Source: Calditrichota bacterium (GTDB lineage: Bacteria > Calditrichota > Calditrichia > Calditrichales > J004). From it: 64,000 bases of DNA. Where the stretch lies: positions 365 to 64,364 of the forward strand of contig JAJRVW010000119.1 of assembly GCA_024277115.1 (NCBI GenBank), written 5' to 3'. Every line of letters begins with the position of its first letter. Position 1 is the stretch's first letter. The notes under the pieces were generated by a model. It did no database searches, was not told the origin of the DNA, and worked only from the letters and a program-made list of their open reading frames with translations. The position numbers were made by a program, and so were the translations under genes. Positions 62,704 to 64,000 of the stretch are shown here, piece after piece.

Positions 62704-63744
62704 ATGTTTTCACACGATAAATCGGGATTCAAACAATTATTATTAGATTTTTATAAACAGATTGATACCGCGGATGAGATAGTAAATTCTGCACATATCA
62801 AGATTGATGCGTCAAGGGTTAAAAATATTTTATATTTTGGCATGGGTGGCTCGGCCATTTCCGGCGATCTTTTAAACGATATTTTATTTAAAGAGTTGAA
62901 AGTGCCCATCAAGGTAGTACGGGGCTATATGTGCCCACAGTTTTGTTCGGAGGAGACACTTGTAATTATCTCAAGCTATTCGGGTAATACGGAGGAGACA
63001 ATCAGCGCGGCAAATATGGCTGCAGAAAGCGGTGCGCAGTTTTTAGCCGTCACATCGGGTGGTACAATAGGTGATTTGGCCAAACAGCATGGTTGGAGCA
63101 GAATTAATCTGCCGGAAGGTTTTCCACCGCGACAAGCTTTAGGCGTTATGTTCTTTTCACTTTATCATGCGCTCGGCAAAGCTGGCCTTACAGATAATTA
63201 CACTGCAGATTTAAGCAATTTACGCAAATTCGCCATTCACGAGATTTCCAAGCACGATACACTAAAACACGATGGACATGTTCTTGCGCAGGAGTTGGCG
63301 CGTACGATCCTTCACAACTTACCTGTAATTTATTCCACTTCGCCCTTTTTAAAAACAGTTTCGCGTCGCTGGCAAAACCAGTTGCACGAAAACTCAAAAT
63401 CATTAGCATTTTGCAATGTAATCCCAGAAATGAACCACAACGAAATTGTAGGCTGGGAAATGGAGAGCGATATGAAAAAATCCATTATCGCTGTTTTCCT
63501 TGAAAATGAAGAAGTCCATCCACGTATACGCGAACGCATCGAACTTTCTAAAACAATCATTAAAGAGAACGGTGCAAAGGTCGTGGATGTGTATGCTTCG
63601 GGGAAAACGATCCTTGAAAAAGTGTTCTCATTGATCATCCTGGGGGATTGGGTGAGCTATTACCTGGCGATGTTGCATAAAAAAGACCCATATACCATAA
63701 AGAATATCGATTTTCTTAAAAGTGAACTTGGCAAAACATTGTAA
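62704..63744 (+). CDS. Bifunctional phosphoglucose/phosphomannose isomerase
   Basis: GMGGSAISG, SYSGNTEET, PPRQAL, ENSK, PEMNHNEIVGW. Confidence 0.92.
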   Translation: MFSHDKSGFKQLLLDFYKQIDTADEIVNSAHIKIDASRVKNILYFGMGGSAISGDLLNDILFKELKVPIKVVRGYMCPQFCSEETLVIISSYSGNTEETISAANMAAESGAQFLAVTSGGTIGDLAKQHGWSRINLPEGFPPRQALGVMFFSLYHALGKAGLTDNYTADLSNLRKFAIHEISKHDTLKHDGHVLAQELARTILHNLPVIYSTSPFLKTVSRRWQNQLHENSKSLAFCNVIPEMNHNEIVGWEMESDMKKSIIAVFLENEEVHPRIRERIELSKTIIKENGAKVVDVYASGKTILEKVFSLIILGDWVSYYLAMLHKKDPYTIKNIDFLKSELGKTL

Positions 63745-63841
63745 AATTAAGAATTAAAAAAAAGAGTGTACAAATATTTGTAGCTAAATCTGAATTTATT
63801 ATATTTTGCGCTTGTGTTAAAAATTGAAACAGGAGTCATGA

Positions 63842-64000
63842 ATGTCAGAATATTTATTTTCATCAGAATCTGTAACAGAAGGGCATCCCGATAAAGTTGC
63901 CGATCAGATCTCGGATGCAGTTCTTGATGAAGTCCTCTCGAAAGACCCATTTGCCCGTGTGGCGTGTGAAACCTTTGTAACAACCGGCCTTGCACTTATT
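63842..64000 (+). CDS. metK: S-adenosylmethionine synthetase, 5' part (runs off the window)
   Basis: [29 protein letters not shown]...RVACET; AGGAG RBS; missed by the ORF track. Confidence 0.95.
   Translation, partial: MSEYLFSSESVTEGHPDKVADQISDAVLDEVLSKDPFARVACETFVTTGLALI

Noticed and set aside
63747-63995. 82-aa minus-strand ORF
   Set aside because: Shadow of the metK 5' end on the plus strand.

Overview
A 64 kb bacterial chromosomal segment. Gene content (FlgD/T9SS-type C-terminal tails, a PorZ-like propeller, a mannose-family PTS-pgi/pmi-metK block) suggests an FCB-related lineage such as Calditrichota; this is an inference. Most of it is housekeeping: a tRNA operon (Pro-Arg-His-Glu), nnr-nadE-rsmI-tmk-ctpA-cca, a TolC/MFP/MacB-type ABC exporter, a TPP-riboswitch-controlled thiamine uptake operon, recN, the rib operon, signalling genes, mrp, PTS genes and metK. 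The most unusual parts are: (1) a 404-bp tandem array of small GIY-YIG genes directly behind tRNA-Glu, each unit regenerating a remodelled tRNA-Glu 3' fragment and its terminator; (2) an AT-rich two-gene insert (sacsin-like ATPase/nuclease and Fic) punctuated by attC-like sites with no integrase in the window; (3) a four-helix-bundle (IVS/Avd-like) pseudogene bracketed by inverted heptamer arrays inside an ABC operon, plus a gene-less heptamer bracket elsewhere; (4) a response regulator fused to an ODP/MBL-like domain that has lost its predicted iron ligands; (5) a secreted TPP II-like subtilase. Several genes are split by single nonsense codons or 1-bp losses in A-runs, which may be real decay or sequencing error.
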